DNA of 64,000 bases from Candidatus Eiseniibacteriota bacterium (GTDB taxonomy: Bacteria > Eisenbacteria > RBG-16-71-46 > CAIMUX01 > VGJL01): assembly GCA_963792585.1 (NCBI GenBank), contig CAWBWI010000002.1, forward strand, positions 224,001 to 288,000. The letters run 5' to 3'. The notes below the pieces were generated by a model. The model did no database searches, had not been told where the DNA came from, and saw only the letters and a program-made list of their open reading frames with translations. Shown piece after piece: positions 38,425-48,434 of the stretch. Numbering within the stretch: the stretch's first letter is position 1; every line of letters begins with the position of its first letter. A program made the translations under genes and the position numbers.

Positions 38425-40539
38425 ATGGGGGGATACCTCGCCGATTTCTTGACGCCGCGCGCGCGTAGGCGGCTGGCAGTCATCTGGTTCTCGATCGGAC
38501 TGACCGCATCCGGAGTCTGCGCGGCCGGGGTCCATCCCGTGTTGCGCGAGTGGGTGCGCGCCGGCGATCCGGATCGGGGGACGCCGGTCTGGGTCCTTTT
38601 CTCGGATCACGACTTGAATGGGCCGGCGGACCGGTCGGCCGCCCTCGCAGCCGCGCAGGATCGAATCGGCGAAGCGGCCCTGGCGCGCCGGTCGCGCGCG
38701 GGGGCAGCGCTCGCCGACGAATTCGATCTCCCCGTCAGCCGTGCCTATCTGGAGGCGGTCGCGCGCCACGGCGAGCTTCGGCACCAGAGCCGCTGGCTGA
38801 ACGGGGTCAGCGTCGTGGTGAGGCTTGGCGACGTTGCGTCGATCGCCTCCCTGCCGTTCGTGAAGGAGATCCGTCCCGTCGGGCAAGGCCGCCTCGCGGG
38901 GCTCGGACCGGAGCGGGCGCCAGACGGAAGGATCCTGGAACGCTTCGACCCTTCCCTGGCAAGACCGGCGCCCCGCCGGCCGGCCACGTCCTATGGTCCC
39001 TCCTTCGATCAACTCAACGAGATCGGCGTGGTCCAGGCGCACGCGGCGGGGTACGCCGGCTCCCGTGTGATCCTGATGATGCTCGACACGGGGTTTCGGA
39101 AGGACCACCAGGCGGTGTCCAGTCTCCTGCGCATCGCGGAACATGACTTCGTGTTCGGAGACGGCGATACGCAGAATGGAGTGGGGGACGAGCCCACGCA
39201 GCACTGGCATGGCACGGCGACCTGGTCCGCCTGCGGTGGATATGCCCCCGGGACGCTGATCGGTCCTGCCTACCGAGCGGGGTTCATCCTGGCAAAGACG
39301 GAGGACATTCGCTCCGAGACGGTGGTCGAGGAGGACAACTATGTGGCCGCCCTCGAATGGGGCGATTCCCTGGGCGTGGAGGTCACCTCGGCCTCCCTCA
39401 TCTACATGGGATTCGACGACGGCTCGGGCTGGGACTGGCAGGAACTCGACGGCGACACGGCCCCGATCACCCGCGCGCTGGATCGTGCCGCCGCCCGAGG
39501 GATCCTCTGCGTGAATGCAATGGGCAATTCGGGTCCCGCCGAGGGCACGCTGGGAGAGCCCGCCGATGCCGACTCGATCCTCGCCGTGGGGGCCCTTGAC
39601 TGGGACAACCTGATCGCGGACTTCTCCAGTCGGGGGCCGACGGTCGATGGCCGGATCAAGCCCGAGGTTTGCGCCCGAGGCGTGGAAACCTGGTGTGCCG
39701 ACGCGAACGGAATGGACTCCTATGTCGGTGCCTCCGGCACGTCTTTGGCGACTCCCCTCGTCGGCGGGGCGTGCGCATTGCTCCTGGAGGCTCACCCCGA
39801 ATGGTCGGCCCAGCGGGCAAGAAGCGCGCTCATGATGACGGCCGACCGGTCGGGTCAACCGAACAACGACTACGGGTTCGGACGCATCGACCTCTGGGCC
39901 GCGATGCACCAGGCTCCCATCGTCGTGCCCGTCCCCTTCAGTCTTGTCGCCCCTGCGGAAGGCGCCGTGCTCCAGACCGTTCGGCCGACCCTCGTCTGGA
40001 ACCGCTCCACCGACCCGCAGGGCGGCGCAATCACCTATGAGGTTTGGATCGACGAAGATCCTCGATTCGCGACCCCCCTCGTGATCGAGGGTCTGGCGGA
40101 CACGGTCGTGACAACTTCACCGCTCGCCGCAGAGACGCTCTTCCACTGGAGGGTCTTCGCCGAGGAGCCGGACGGGTACCGTCGCATGTGTCGTGAGGAC
40201 CGGACCTTCCGGACACCAGCCGCCGGTTCCGCAGAGGACCTGCCCGCTACCGTCGATGGCTGGAAAATCGAGGTAAGCCCAAATCCGTGGCAAACGAACT
40301 CGGTGATTCGCTGGTATGCTCCTCCCGGCAGTCTGGGGCAAGAAGTGACCCTCACGGTATTCGATCCCGGGGGCAGGCGTCTCGCTCGCGAACGCCGCGG
40401 CGTCGATCGGGAGGGATGGCTCCAGTGGTCATGGAGTCCGGGGATTGGCGACCCGGGCCGGACGTCTGCCGGCGTCTACATTGCCAAACTGAACGCAAAC
40501 GGCCGCGTTGCAACGACGAAAATCGTCTGGCTCCGATAG
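38425..40539 (+). CDS. S8 (subtilisin-like) serine peptidase with Fn3-like and FlgD/T9SS-like C-terminal domains
   Basis: Catalytic LDTG, HGTAT and GTSLATP motifs. FSSRGPTVDGRIKPEV. C-term SAGVYIAKL...TTKIVWLR. Confidence 0.9.
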   Translation: MGGYLADFLTPRARRRLAVIWFSIGLTASGVCAAGVHPVLREWVRAGDPDRGTPVWVLFSDHDLNGPADRSAALAAAQDRIGEAALARRSRAGAALADEFDLPVSRAYLEAVARHGELRHQSRWLNGVSVVVRLGDVASIASLPFVKEIRPVGQGRLAGLGPERAPDGRILERFDPSLARPAPRRPATSYGPSFDQLNEIGVVQAHAAGYAGSRVILMMLDTGFRKDHQAVSSLLRIAEHDFVFGDGDTQNGVGDEPTQHWHGTATWSACGGYAPGTLIGPAYRAGFILAKTEDIRSETVVEEDNYVAALEWGDSLGVEVTSASLIYMGFDDGSGWDWQELDGDTAPITRALDRAAARGILCVNAMGNSGPAEGTLGEPADADSILAVGALDWDNLIADFSSRGPTVDGRIKPEVCARGVETWCADANGMDSYVGASGTSLATPLVGGACALLLEAHPEWSAQRARSALMMTADRSGQPNNDYGFGRIDLWAAMHQAPIVVPVPFSLVAPAEGAVLQTVRPTLVWNRSTDPQGGAITYEVWIDEDPRFATPLVIEGLADTVVTTSPLAAETLFHWRVFAEEPDGYRRMCREDRTFRTPAAGSAEDLPATVDGWKIEVSPNPWQTNSVIRWYAPPGSLGQEVTLTVFDPGGRRLARERRGVDREGWLQWSWSPGIGDPGRTSAGVYIAKLNANGRVATTKIVWLR

Positions 40540-40558
40540 CCCGGGAAGGTGGACAGAC

Positions 40559-41335
40559 ATGTCGGCTTCGTGGACTCATGACAGGATTGTGCGGCTGCTT
40601 CTTGATGCCGCAAGCGCCCACCGCGACGGGGGCCGATTCGAGCGGGCTGAGAACTTGATCGACGAGGCTTCCTCGCTCGCACAAGGGGAGGCGCAGCCCC
40701 CGCTCATCGCCGCCGTCGCCGCGAGTCGCGGTGTTCTCGAAAGAACCGAAGGGGATCTGGATGCGGCCGGCCGCTCCCTGACCGAGGCCCTGCGAATCCG
40801 GCGCGGCCTCACGGATCCTCTGGGAACCGCCCGCGCCCTCGGAGATCTCTCCCGCGTGCACTTCGAGGCGGGGCGAACGGAGGACGCTGCCAGCTGTCTG
40901 GAGGAGGCGATGGAACTGAGCGCCCGGGTCGAACCGGGCCGCACCCGCGCCGAGATCCTGGAGCATGGAGGCGCCCTCCATTCCGGCGAAGGCAACGTGG
41001 ACCGGGCGCGGGCCTGCTACGAGGACGCCCTTGCCGTCTATGAGCAGCTCGGCGACCGGGGCGCAGCCGCCCGAGTTCGAGATGCGCTGGCCCGCGTTGA
41101 ATCGGGGAACGCGCCGGTCAGCCTCGACGATGAACTGCTCGGAATCGAGAAGAATCGCCTGCTGGCCGCTCTCGACGCCGAATCATGGAATCAATCGCGC
41201 GCGGCCCGCCGCCTCGGGGTGACGGAGACACGTGTGCGCAATTTGATGCGCCGCCACGGACTTCGGTCCCGAAATCGACGGGGGCGTCCCCGCAAGGGCG
41301 GCGAGGTCCCGAGCCAAGAGAGCCGTGCGGGGTGA
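40559..41335 (+). CDS. TPR protein with C-terminal Fis-type HTH (no AAA+ domain)
   Basis: TPR-like helices, then SLDDELLGIEKNRLLAALDAESWNQSRAARRLGVTETRVRNLMRRHGL. Confidence 0.8.
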   Translation: MSASWTHDRIVRLLLDAASAHRDGGRFERAENLIDEASSLAQGEAQPPLIAAVAASRGVLERTEGDLDAAGRSLTEALRIRRGLTDPLGTARALGDLSRVHFEAGRTEDAASCLEEAMELSARVEPGRTRAEILEHGGALHSGEGNVDRARACYEDALAVYEQLGDRGAAARVRDALARVESGNAPVSLDDELLGIEKNRLLAALDAESWNQSRAARRLGVTETRVRNLMRRHGLRSRNRRGRPRKGGEVPSQESRAG

Positions 41336-41348
41336 CGAAGAGGGAAGA

Positions 41349-41552
41349 ATGCCGACGATCCATGACAGCGTTCGCGAGATGAAGGAGCGGGATCCCCGGG
41401 TCGAGTCGAAGGTGCTCGAACCGGGGCAGGTCCAGCGGTTCCTGACGAAGCTCGGATACTTGGGGCCGTTCGATCGCTGCAAGTACGATGTGATCTACTT
41501 TCAGGAGAACGGCCGGGAACTCGCGATGGTGATCTGGGGGCTCGTGGAGTAG
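41349..41552 (+). CDS. Small hypothetical protein (67 aa)
   Basis: RBS GAGGGAAG, typical GC3-rich codon use, fills the gap between co-oriented genes. Confidence 0.6.
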   Translation: MPTIHDSVREMKERDPRVESKVLEPGQVQRFLTKLGYLGPFDRCKYDVIYFQENGRELAMVIWGLVE

Positions 41553-41566
41553 GGCGACCATCTTCC

Positions 41567-42673
41567 GTGGACGACCATGCCGTCCTGCTCAGCAGCCTCC
41601 TGGGAGTCCTCTTCGTCCTCATCCTGCTCTACCTCGACAAGTACGAGCGGGAACCCCTCCTGAGGATCGGGATCCTCTTTGCCGCGTCTATCCTGGCAAC
41701 GGGGCTCTATGGCGGAATCCACTCTCGGATCGCCGGCGACCATGACCCCTGGACCCTTGGTCTGGTCTGCATCCGGACACCCCTCCTCGAAGAGGGGCTG
41801 AAGTTCGGGCTCTTCCTCCTTGCGTTCCTGTCATGGCGCCGATGGATCGACGAGCCGTACGATCTGGCCGTCTACCTCGGAATCATCGCCCTGGGATTCT
41901 CGGTCCAGGAGAATATCGGCTACTACGTGATCTATACACGCAACGCGTTCCTGTCCGGGCTGCTCACGGGCGACTTCTCATGGTATGACAGTGCGCTGGC
42001 GGGGATCGCGGTGCGCCGGGCCGTTCCCGGTCATCTGATGATGGGAGTGGTCGGCGCCTGGGTGATGGCGTGTGGATTTGGGAAGCGGAGCTTCCCTCTC
42101 TGGTTCGCGGCGGCATATCTGGCGGCGGTGGCCGTTCACGCGGGGTGGAACTTCTTCGCATTCGCGGGGATGCCGGCGCTCTTCTTCTACTTGATGCCCC
42201 TTGTCGTCTGCACATGTCTGATTGTTCGTCGGCTGCGCGAGGGCTCCGGCTACTGGCGGACGCAGCGAAAGTGGCGCGACGCGACCTCTGGGGTCCTTCA
42301 GGCGCTCGATCGAAGTGCGACGGCCGGGGGAGTGATTCCTCCGGATGAGCAAGCTCTCGTGGAAAGCGGGGGCCGAGGTCTACGACAGATCCAGTGGGTG
42401 CTGCGGGGACTGCCGCTGCGTCCCGGAACGGACCAAACCCGGATCTTCCGCGCCCTGGAAGAAAACCTCCCGGATGGGCGGTCAGCCTTCGACATCCCCG
42501 CCCTGGAAGACCTCGACCGCCGCCTATTGCGGATCGGTGAGGTCTTGGGGCCGTACCGGAATTCGTTTCTTCACTGGACCTACTGGTTCGGGTTCCTCGC
42601 GATCCTCACGAGCCTCGGCTTCCTCGCCACGATCCTGAGTCTCGTGTTGGAGCGGGCGATCGTTCTGTTCTAG
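41567..42673 (+). CDS. PrsW family intramembrane glutamic protease
   Basis: LDKYEREP, LLEEGLK, LGFSVQEN, VPGH and HAGWN motifs. Multiple TMs. Confidence 0.85.
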   Translation: MDDHAVLLSSLLGVLFVLILLYLDKYEREPLLRIGILFAASILATGLYGGIHSRIAGDHDPWTLGLVCIRTPLLEEGLKFGLFLLAFLSWRRWIDEPYDLAVYLGIIALGFSVQENIGYYVIYTRNAFLSGLLTGDFSWYDSALAGIAVRRAVPGHLMMGVVGAWVMACGFGKRSFPLWFAAAYLAAVAVHAGWNFFAFAGMPALFFYLMPLVVCTCLIVRRLREGSGYWRTQRKWRDATSGVLQALDRSATAGGVIPPDEQALVESGGRGLRQIQWVLRGLPLRPGTDQTRIFRALEENLPDGRSAFDIPALEDLDRRLLRIGEVLGPYRNSFLHWTYWFGFLAILTSLGFLATILSLVLERAIVLF

Positions 42674-44163
42674 CCCTTCAGGAGCTGTTCGATCACCCAG
42701 CCGACCTCCTCATCCATGAAGGGCGTGTACCCGACATGCTTGAATCGCATCCGCCCCTGGCGGTCGAGAACGAACAGGGTCGGAATGCCGGAGACTTCGT
42801 AGTTCTTGGCATCGTCGGCGCTCGCCAGTCCGACCGTCATCGGGTACCCGCCCTGGGTCCAGAACGGGACGACCTTCTCTCGCCCCGCGTCGCGCTCCCA
42901 AACATTCATGCAGAGAATCTGGACCGGTTTGTCGGACACCGTCGCCTGTAGCTCCTTGACGAGGGGGAGGGTCATTCGGCAAGGGCCGCACCAGGTCGCC
43001 CAGAAGTCGAGAACGACAACCTTACCCTTCAGATCGGCGAGCCCCACGTTCGTACTGTCGAGGGTCATCACCGAGAAGCTGGGGGCCGGCTTGTCGATCA
43101 TCTTCGCCAGCACCTCTGCGCGAAGCTGCGGGATCTTCTTCTCGCGCGCCTTGGTCATGGTCGCGATCGCCGCCGTGAAGGCCTTGTCGTCTCGAATCTC
43201 CGCGAAATCCTTATCCTGCTTCGCCTGCCGGTAGTTCTCGAATCCGCGCGCGGCCGCTTTCTTCAGCCAATCGAGCGCGCCAGCGCGGTCTTTGTTCTGG
43301 GCGAGAATCGCCGCGGCATTGTACGCCTCTTCCGGATCGTCCTTTGCCTGCTCGGCGAGGGCGATCTGCATCTTCAAGGCATCCTGCGGCCGGTTCGCCG
43401 TGCGATACCCGTTCACGAGCGCCCGCATCGCTTCGATGTTTTCCGGGTGCTCCTTGGCGAAGGCCTCGATCCGCGCGAAGCCCTCCTCGGTGCGACCGGC
43501 CATCTTGAGGTCGCGCGCCTCAGCGTTCACGGGCTGGAAGCTGTTCGGCTCGACGATCTCGTTGAGGCGGCGGGCCTTGATGGCTGATTCGTAGTCCTTC
43601 CCGATCTCGTAACCGAGGGCGATCGCCTGGAAACCATAGGGATGATCCGGCCTCATGCGGGCGGCCTCGAAGAGCAGCGGAAAGGCCTCATCCGGCTTCG
43701 GGGTCGCTCCCGTGAGGAGGGCGAGCCCGAGGCCGCAGTGGGCGGCGTGGCTCTTGGGGTCGATCTGCAGCGCCTTGCGGAAATACGGCTCGGCGTCGGG
43801 GCCGTTCTCGAAGAGCCCGTTGAGATACTGGAGATCCGCGTTCGTTGAGTCCTTGGCCAGACGATCCCGGTAGAGCGGCTTGATCTGGGGCCACATATCC
43901 ACCAGCCGCGTCACCCCGATGTGGTGTCGCTGAAGATCGAGCCAGTCGGGGTGCTTCGCCAGCAGCGCCTCGACCTTGGCGATGTGCGCCCTTGCGCCTT
44001 CCTCGTCACGGAGACCCTCCGCAGCGTCGAGAAGCGCCCGGAGTTCGGGTTGCGGCTTCCATGGGACCGGCTTCAGGTCGTCGGGAAGGGGCGGCGCGGC
44101 GGCCACGGAGGGTGTCACCGAGGTCACCGCGATCAGGAGCGCCAAAGCGAGCGAACGAAGCAT
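42670..44163 (-). CDS. Exported TPR + TlpA/ResA-type thiol-disulfide oxidoreductase
   Basis: Signal peptide, TPRs, then KGKVVVLDFWATWCGPC and YEVSGIPTLFVLDRQG. Confidence 0.88.
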   Translation of the reverse strand: MLRSLALALLIAVTSVTPSVAAAPPLPDDLKPVPWKPQPELRALLDAAEGLRDEEGARAHIAKVEALLAKHPDWLDLQRHHIGVTRLVDMWPQIKPLYRDRLAKDSTNADLQYLNGLFENGPDAEPYFRKALQIDPKSHAAHCGLGLALLTGATPKPDEAFPLLFEAARMRPDHPYGFQAIALGYEIGKDYESAIKARRLNEIVEPNSFQPVNAEARDLKMAGRTEEGFARIEAFAKEHPENIEAMRALVNGYRTANRPQDALKMQIALAEQAKDDPEEAYNAAAILAQNKDRAGALDWLKKAAARGFENYRQAKQDKDFAEIRDDKAFTAAIATMTKAREKKIPQLRAEVLAKMIDKPAPSFSVMTLDSTNVGLADLKGKVVVLDFWATWCGPCRMTLPLVKELQATVSDKPVQILCMNVWERDAGREKVVPFWTQGGYPMTVGLASADDAKNYEVSGIPTLFVLDRQGRMRFKHVGYTPFMDEEVGWVIEQLLKG

Positions 44164-44246
44164 GCGATCCTCCAGGATTCTCGAGAGTTGGGAACGATGG
44201 GACGCAACATTTCAGACTACCCGGTGCGGCGGCCGGCCTTCAAGCC

Positions 44247-44280
44247 GGATCCCCGGCTGGATGGGTCCGGCCGGGGATCC
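44247..44280 (-). terminator. Hairpin downstream of the large secreted protein gene
   Basis: GGATCCCCGGCTGGA-TGGG-TCCGGCCGGGGATCC, a 15-bp stem. Confidence 0.6.
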
Positions 44281-44306
44281 TCGTCAATGACGTCGTCGCG
44301 CGTTAA

Positions 44307-47300
44307 CTACTGGGAACGCACGAGCTTCACGCGCGTTTCCACCGCGCCCGACCGTAGACGGGCGAAGTAGATTCCCGATGCGACCGGCGCGCCGGCATCG
44401 TCACGACCATCCCAGTCGATCGTGTGACGCCCCGCCGGCACAGCCCCCTCGACGAGGGAACGAACCTGTCGGCCCTGGACATCGTAGATCGCGAGGTCGG
44501 TCGGACCGCCCTGCGCCAAGGAGTACTCGAGTGCTGCCTTGCCCGTGAACGGGTTACCCGAGACCGCCTTCAGATCGAACGGAACCGCTTCCGCGCCTTC
44601 GACCGCGCTGGCGGCGGGGTCGAGCACGAGGATCCGGTAGGCTCCACCTGCCGTGTTCTTGTTGTAGATCAACACGCCGTACCAGTCGTCGCGATCGAGG
44701 TAGACGGAGTACGTTTCCGTTCCGCCGATGCCCGCGGCGTCCGACTGCGCGACCGCGGAGGTGCGATCCGCGTAGTAGGCGGCGCCGTTGCTCGCGAAGA
44801 ACGCGATCCCCAAGTCCATGGAGCTACTCAGGTCGCTCACCTCGATCTTGACGTTGCGTCCGCCGCCGACGCCGCCATCGACGTAGATGTCGTGCATCTC
44901 CGCCACGTGGCCGGCCGGCCATACGAGATCGATGGAGGAGAACCCGCCGGGAACATAGGCCAGGGCCTCCGAGCCGCCTTCCCACTCGCAGTCGACGTTG
45001 CCGTACCCGCTGGTCCTGCGGTAACGCGGATAGACCGTCCCGGTCGGGTTGTGGTTGTAGTCGCCCACCACGTACGTGACCGGGTTCGCAGTCTGATCGC
45101 TGACCGCCAAGGTGTTGATCGTGTACGCATCGTCTCCGTAGAGCCAGACGCTCGCCGTCTCGCCGGCTTGCGGGCGGGCGGCGAAGACCGTCCAGTAGAT
45201 CGACGGAACGCTTGCCGATCCCCAGATGAGCTCGTCGGAGCGACTCGTGACGGTCGCCTCGGGCATCGCGACCTTCGCGCCAAGCCAGAGACTGTAAGGA
45301 CCGGATGATTCGTCGTTGACGATCTGATAGACGCCGAACCAGCGAGAGGCGGGTGCGGTATAGGTCAACCACTCGCCGCCCGCTCCCGGCGCCCGGAAGT
45401 TGCTCGCCGCGGCGTACTGGACGCGGCTCTTGAACCGATTCCCGTCGTCCGAGCTGAAGATGTAGATCCCCGTGTCGAGCGGGGTGGAGAAGTCGTGATA
45501 CTCCCGCAGGAAGTAGGTGTCGCCCGCATTCAAGTAGGCGTCCCAGACCTTGCCCAGGTTGGAGGGCACCCAGTTGTCTCCGGGAAGAGCTCCGGAAATG
45601 ATCTCAGGATCCTGCTCCCACTCGGTGCGGTGGTTTCCGCTGCCGCTGTCACGGACCACGCGCAGATAGTCGCGATCGTAGCCGCCGTTGTAGTCGGCCG
45701 CGAAGAACTCCATCGCGCCATCGCCCACGTCATTCGCGATGTCGAGGAGGTACGTGTAGGCGTCATCGGCGTAGAGGCCGACCCTCACGCCCGTACCGCC
45801 GTCCGGCCGCGTGCCCGCAAAGGCCCAGTAGTAGGAGTTCGGGTCGTAGTTGAAGAGGCGTAGGGGAAGCGCGGAGTAGAACGGCGACTCCTCGGCCAGC
45901 GTGACGGGCGTCGGGCCGATCTGAATGCTGAAGTTGCCGGCGACGACCGTGTTGGAATAGATGACGAACCCATAGACGTCATCCGCCGGGACCGTGTACG
46001 TGTACGACTCGCCGCTTCCCGCGCCGTACGAATCGGCCTGCCACACGGAGCTGCTCCGACCGGCCCAGTAAGGGCCGCCGTTGGACTTGAACAGGGCCAT
46101 GCCGAGGTCCATTCCCGCGCCCGGGGCGAGGTTGAAGGTCACGGTTTCCCCGGCGAAGAGGGGAACGTCCCAGATCTGGGCGGTATTGTAGTCGGCCCAG
46201 TACCCGAACCGGTTCTGACCGTCGGGGTAGAGCATCTCATTGCCGCCCTCCCAGGTCAGGTTGTACCAGTCCCAGGCGCCGCCATAGTGGATCAGGCCGA
46301 TGTGCTCGTTGCCCACCGGGCTGTGGTTGTAGTCGCCCACGACGAAGTCGACCTGACCCGTTCCATAGGCGGATGAGGCGTACGGGTAGTTGTGATTGTT
46401 GTCTCCGTAGACGGTCAGATCGTAGTCGCCGGTGGAGGGGCTGCGCAGGCCCACGACGGACCAGTTGTTCCAGCGCTGCGAGACGACCATGCCGTCGGCC
46501 ACGCCATTCCAGTAGAACCAGCCGTTGTGCCACAGCTCGTAGATGTTGCAGTAGCTGTTTCCCGATAGGTGACGCTTGACCGTGTTGAGCTGGCCGTTCG
46601 CGTCGCCGTCGGTCCACCCCCAGTTGTCCAGCGTGTACCCGCAGATGTTGCTGAAGGTGTTGTTGATCATGAGGCAGTTGACGTGCGAGGGGCACTGGGC
46701 GAGCTGGCAGTTGCCGTTGTTGACCTGGTGGTCCAGGTACCAGCTCTGGCATGCGCCGCAATCGATCCCTCCGTTGCACTGACCACCTTCGATGTACTCA
46801 TCGCACGCGCCGTAGAGATGTCCCCACTCGTGGGCAAAGGTGTTCCCATTGCTGTTGGTGTAGAGATACGTCATGGCGAAGCCGTAGGAGGCCCAGGCGC
46901 GGCCGGTCTGCATCGGCTCGAAGCATGCCAGGACGTTGTCCCATCCTCCGCCCCAGTTCTGGAGGTACAGCGTCATGTCGTCCACGCGGGTGCCGTCGCC
47001 GTCGGCATCGCCGAATCCGATATTGGCGAGCGCGTCCTCGACGACGGTCCCGTTCATCCCGCTGTCGCCGATGAAATACGGGACAGTCGCGCCGTAGAAC
47101 CAGTAGGCGTTCGTTCCCTGGTAGTCGTACGAAACGTTCGCGGCGAACGGGGCGTTGTTGATGTAGTGGTTTTTCGCCACGGTCGCGCGTGCGCCCGCGT
47201 CGTCCATCTGGGTGCCGGTCCACGTGCCGCCCGTATGGTTGATGAAGATGTGGATGACCAAGGTCCGACCGCGCTGGTAGTGCGCGGTGTCGTTGTCATC

Positions 47301-47525
47301 CACGAGGCGGATGTCCTCTCTCGCGGCGGGGTCGGTGCCCATCGACGGGGAGAGCTCGAATGCTTCCACCGGCGTACCGGCGGTGCGGGCGCTCTCGTCC
47401 TCCGCGTGCTGAAGCGCCGCCGGGCTGAACGTCCGCGTACTCGGCTCGAGCGGCTCCGCATGAACGAGCCCCGCGGCCGTCCCGAGCAGGGTCAGGCAGA
47501 GGGCTGCAAGTAGGGAGAGTCTCAT
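44307..47525 (-). CDS. Large secreted zinc-metalloprotease-like protein with three internal repeats and a FlgD-Ig/T9SS-like C-terminus
   Basis: Signal peptide, TFAHEWGHLYGACDEY, Cys-rich segment, three repeats containing (G/A)DYN, and IYDVQGRQVRSL...WDGRDDAGAPVASGIYFARL. Confidence 0.8.
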   Translation of the reverse strand: MRLSLLAALCLTLLGTAAGLVHAEPLEPSTRTFSPAALQHAEDESARTAGTPVEAFELSPSMGTDPAAREDIRLVDDNDTAHYQRGRTLVIHIFINHTGGTWTGTQMDDAGARATVAKNHYINNAPFAANVSYDYQGTNAYWFYGATVPYFIGDSGMNGTVVEDALANIGFGDADGDGTRVDDMTLYLQNWGGGWDNVLACFEPMQTGRAWASYGFAMTYLYTNSNGNTFAHEWGHLYGACDEYIEGGQCNGGIDCGACQSWYLDHQVNNGNCQLAQCPSHVNCLMINNTFSNICGYTLDNWGWTDGDANGQLNTVKRHLSGNSYCNIYELWHNGWFYWNGVADGMVVSQRWNNWSVVGLRSPSTGDYDLTVYGDNNHNYPYASSAYGTGQVDFVVGDYNHSPVGNEHIGLIHYGGAWDWYNLTWEGGNEMLYPDGQNRFGYWADYNTAQIWDVPLFAGETVTFNLAPGAGMDLGMALFKSNGGPYWAGRSSSVWQADSYGAGSGESYTYTVPADDVYGFVIYSNTVVAGNFSIQIGPTPVTLAEESPFYSALPLRLFNYDPNSYYWAFAGTRPDGGTGVRVGLYADDAYTYLLDIANDVGDGAMEFFAADYNGGYDRDYLRVVRDSGSGNHRTEWEQDPEIISGALPGDNWVPSNLGKVWDAYLNAGDTYFLREYHDFSTPLDTGIYIFSSDDGNRFKSRVQYAAASNFRAPGAGGEWLTYTAPASRWFGVYQIVNDESSGPYSLWLGAKVAMPEATVTSRSDELIWGSASVPSIYWTVFAARPQAGETASVWLYGDDAYTINTLAVSDQTANPVTYVVGDYNHNPTGTVYPRYRRTSGYGNVDCEWEGGSEALAYVPGGFSSIDLVWPAGHVAEMHDIYVDGGVGGGRNVKIEVSDLSSSMDLGIAFFASNGAAYYADRTSAVAQSDAAGIGGTETYSVYLDRDDWYGVLIYNKNTAGGAYRILVLDPAASAVEGAEAVPFDLKAVSGNPFTGKAALEYSLAQGGPTDLAIYDVQGRQVRSLVEGAVPAGRHTIDWDGRDDAGAPVASGIYFARLRSGAVETRVKLVRSQ

Positions 47526-48124
47526 CGCGCGCCCCCGTTCTTCTCGACATCCGCGATCTTCTCGATCTCGGCGGGCGTCAGTTCCGGAGGACCGACCAGC
47601 TGGATCGGCGCCACTTCCGTGCCGGCGCCGGCCGCGGGGTCGGGTGAGAGCTGCGCGGGTGGCGTGGTTCGAAGGATGTTCATCTTCGCCTGAGTGGCCT
47701 CAGCCGAAGGATCGGAGTGCGCGTTCACGGACGGGGCGATGAAAAGCGTCCCGGCGGCGCGGGCTCTGTCGACGGCGGCACGCGCCATGTCGAGCTTCGC
47801 CTGTTCGAGGACCGTCGGGGACGCGGCGGGAAGGCCGAGTCCCATATCTGTGTAGATGGAGGCCTTGTCGGAGGTGCCGATCGGCGGAAGTGCCCGGTAG
47901 AAGAGCTCCGCCTCCGTCGGCGACGTGGCCCCGCCGACGGATGTCTCGTCAATCGTCGGTGCCTGAATGGCGTCGACCTCCTGGGGGGGGAAGGCCTGGG
48001 CGGGGCCGTGTTGCGGCCCTTCTGCGGCGGAGTCCGCGATCGCCGATCCGCTGGCGGCGAGCATGATCCATGCTGCAGCGGCGAAGCGAACCACGGCGCG
48101 ATTACGCGTGGGGCTGAATATCAT
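47522..48124 (-). CDS. Secreted Pro/Ala-rich hypothetical protein, translationally coupled to the metalloprotease
   Basis: AGAGGA RBS, signal peptide, ATGA overlap at 47522-47525. Confidence 0.65.
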   Translation of the reverse strand: MIFSPTRNRAVVRFAAAAWIMLAASGSAIADSAAEGPQHGPAQAFPPQEVDAIQAPTIDETSVGGATSPTEAELFYRALPPIGTSDKASIYTDMGLGLPAASPTVLEQAKLDMARAAVDRARAAGTLFIAPSVNAHSDPSAEATQAKMNILRTTPPAQLSPDPAAGAGTEVAPIQLVGPPELTPAEIEKIADVEKNGGAR

Positions 48125-48434
48125 GACGATTCCTCTCTTGTCTTTCATTTCTAGATTTGGAGACGTCGGCCGAGCGGCCTCACCGGAAGAGGGCGGGTCT
48201 CGAGCGTCGTCGGATCGCACCATGACCCGTCCGAGTTTACTCAGTGACCGCGGAGGATAATGCGTGCGCCCATGACGTATCAATGGGAATCCGCTCGAAC
48301 ACAATGTGAAAATAGGCGCAAGAGGCTGTGACGGCGCGGTCGTGCCGTGTCCATCCGACGATGGGAAATGTCAAAGAGGACTTAGCGGATCGTCACCGCT
48401 GGACGCCGCATGGTTTGAATGCTCTCGGGTGAAC

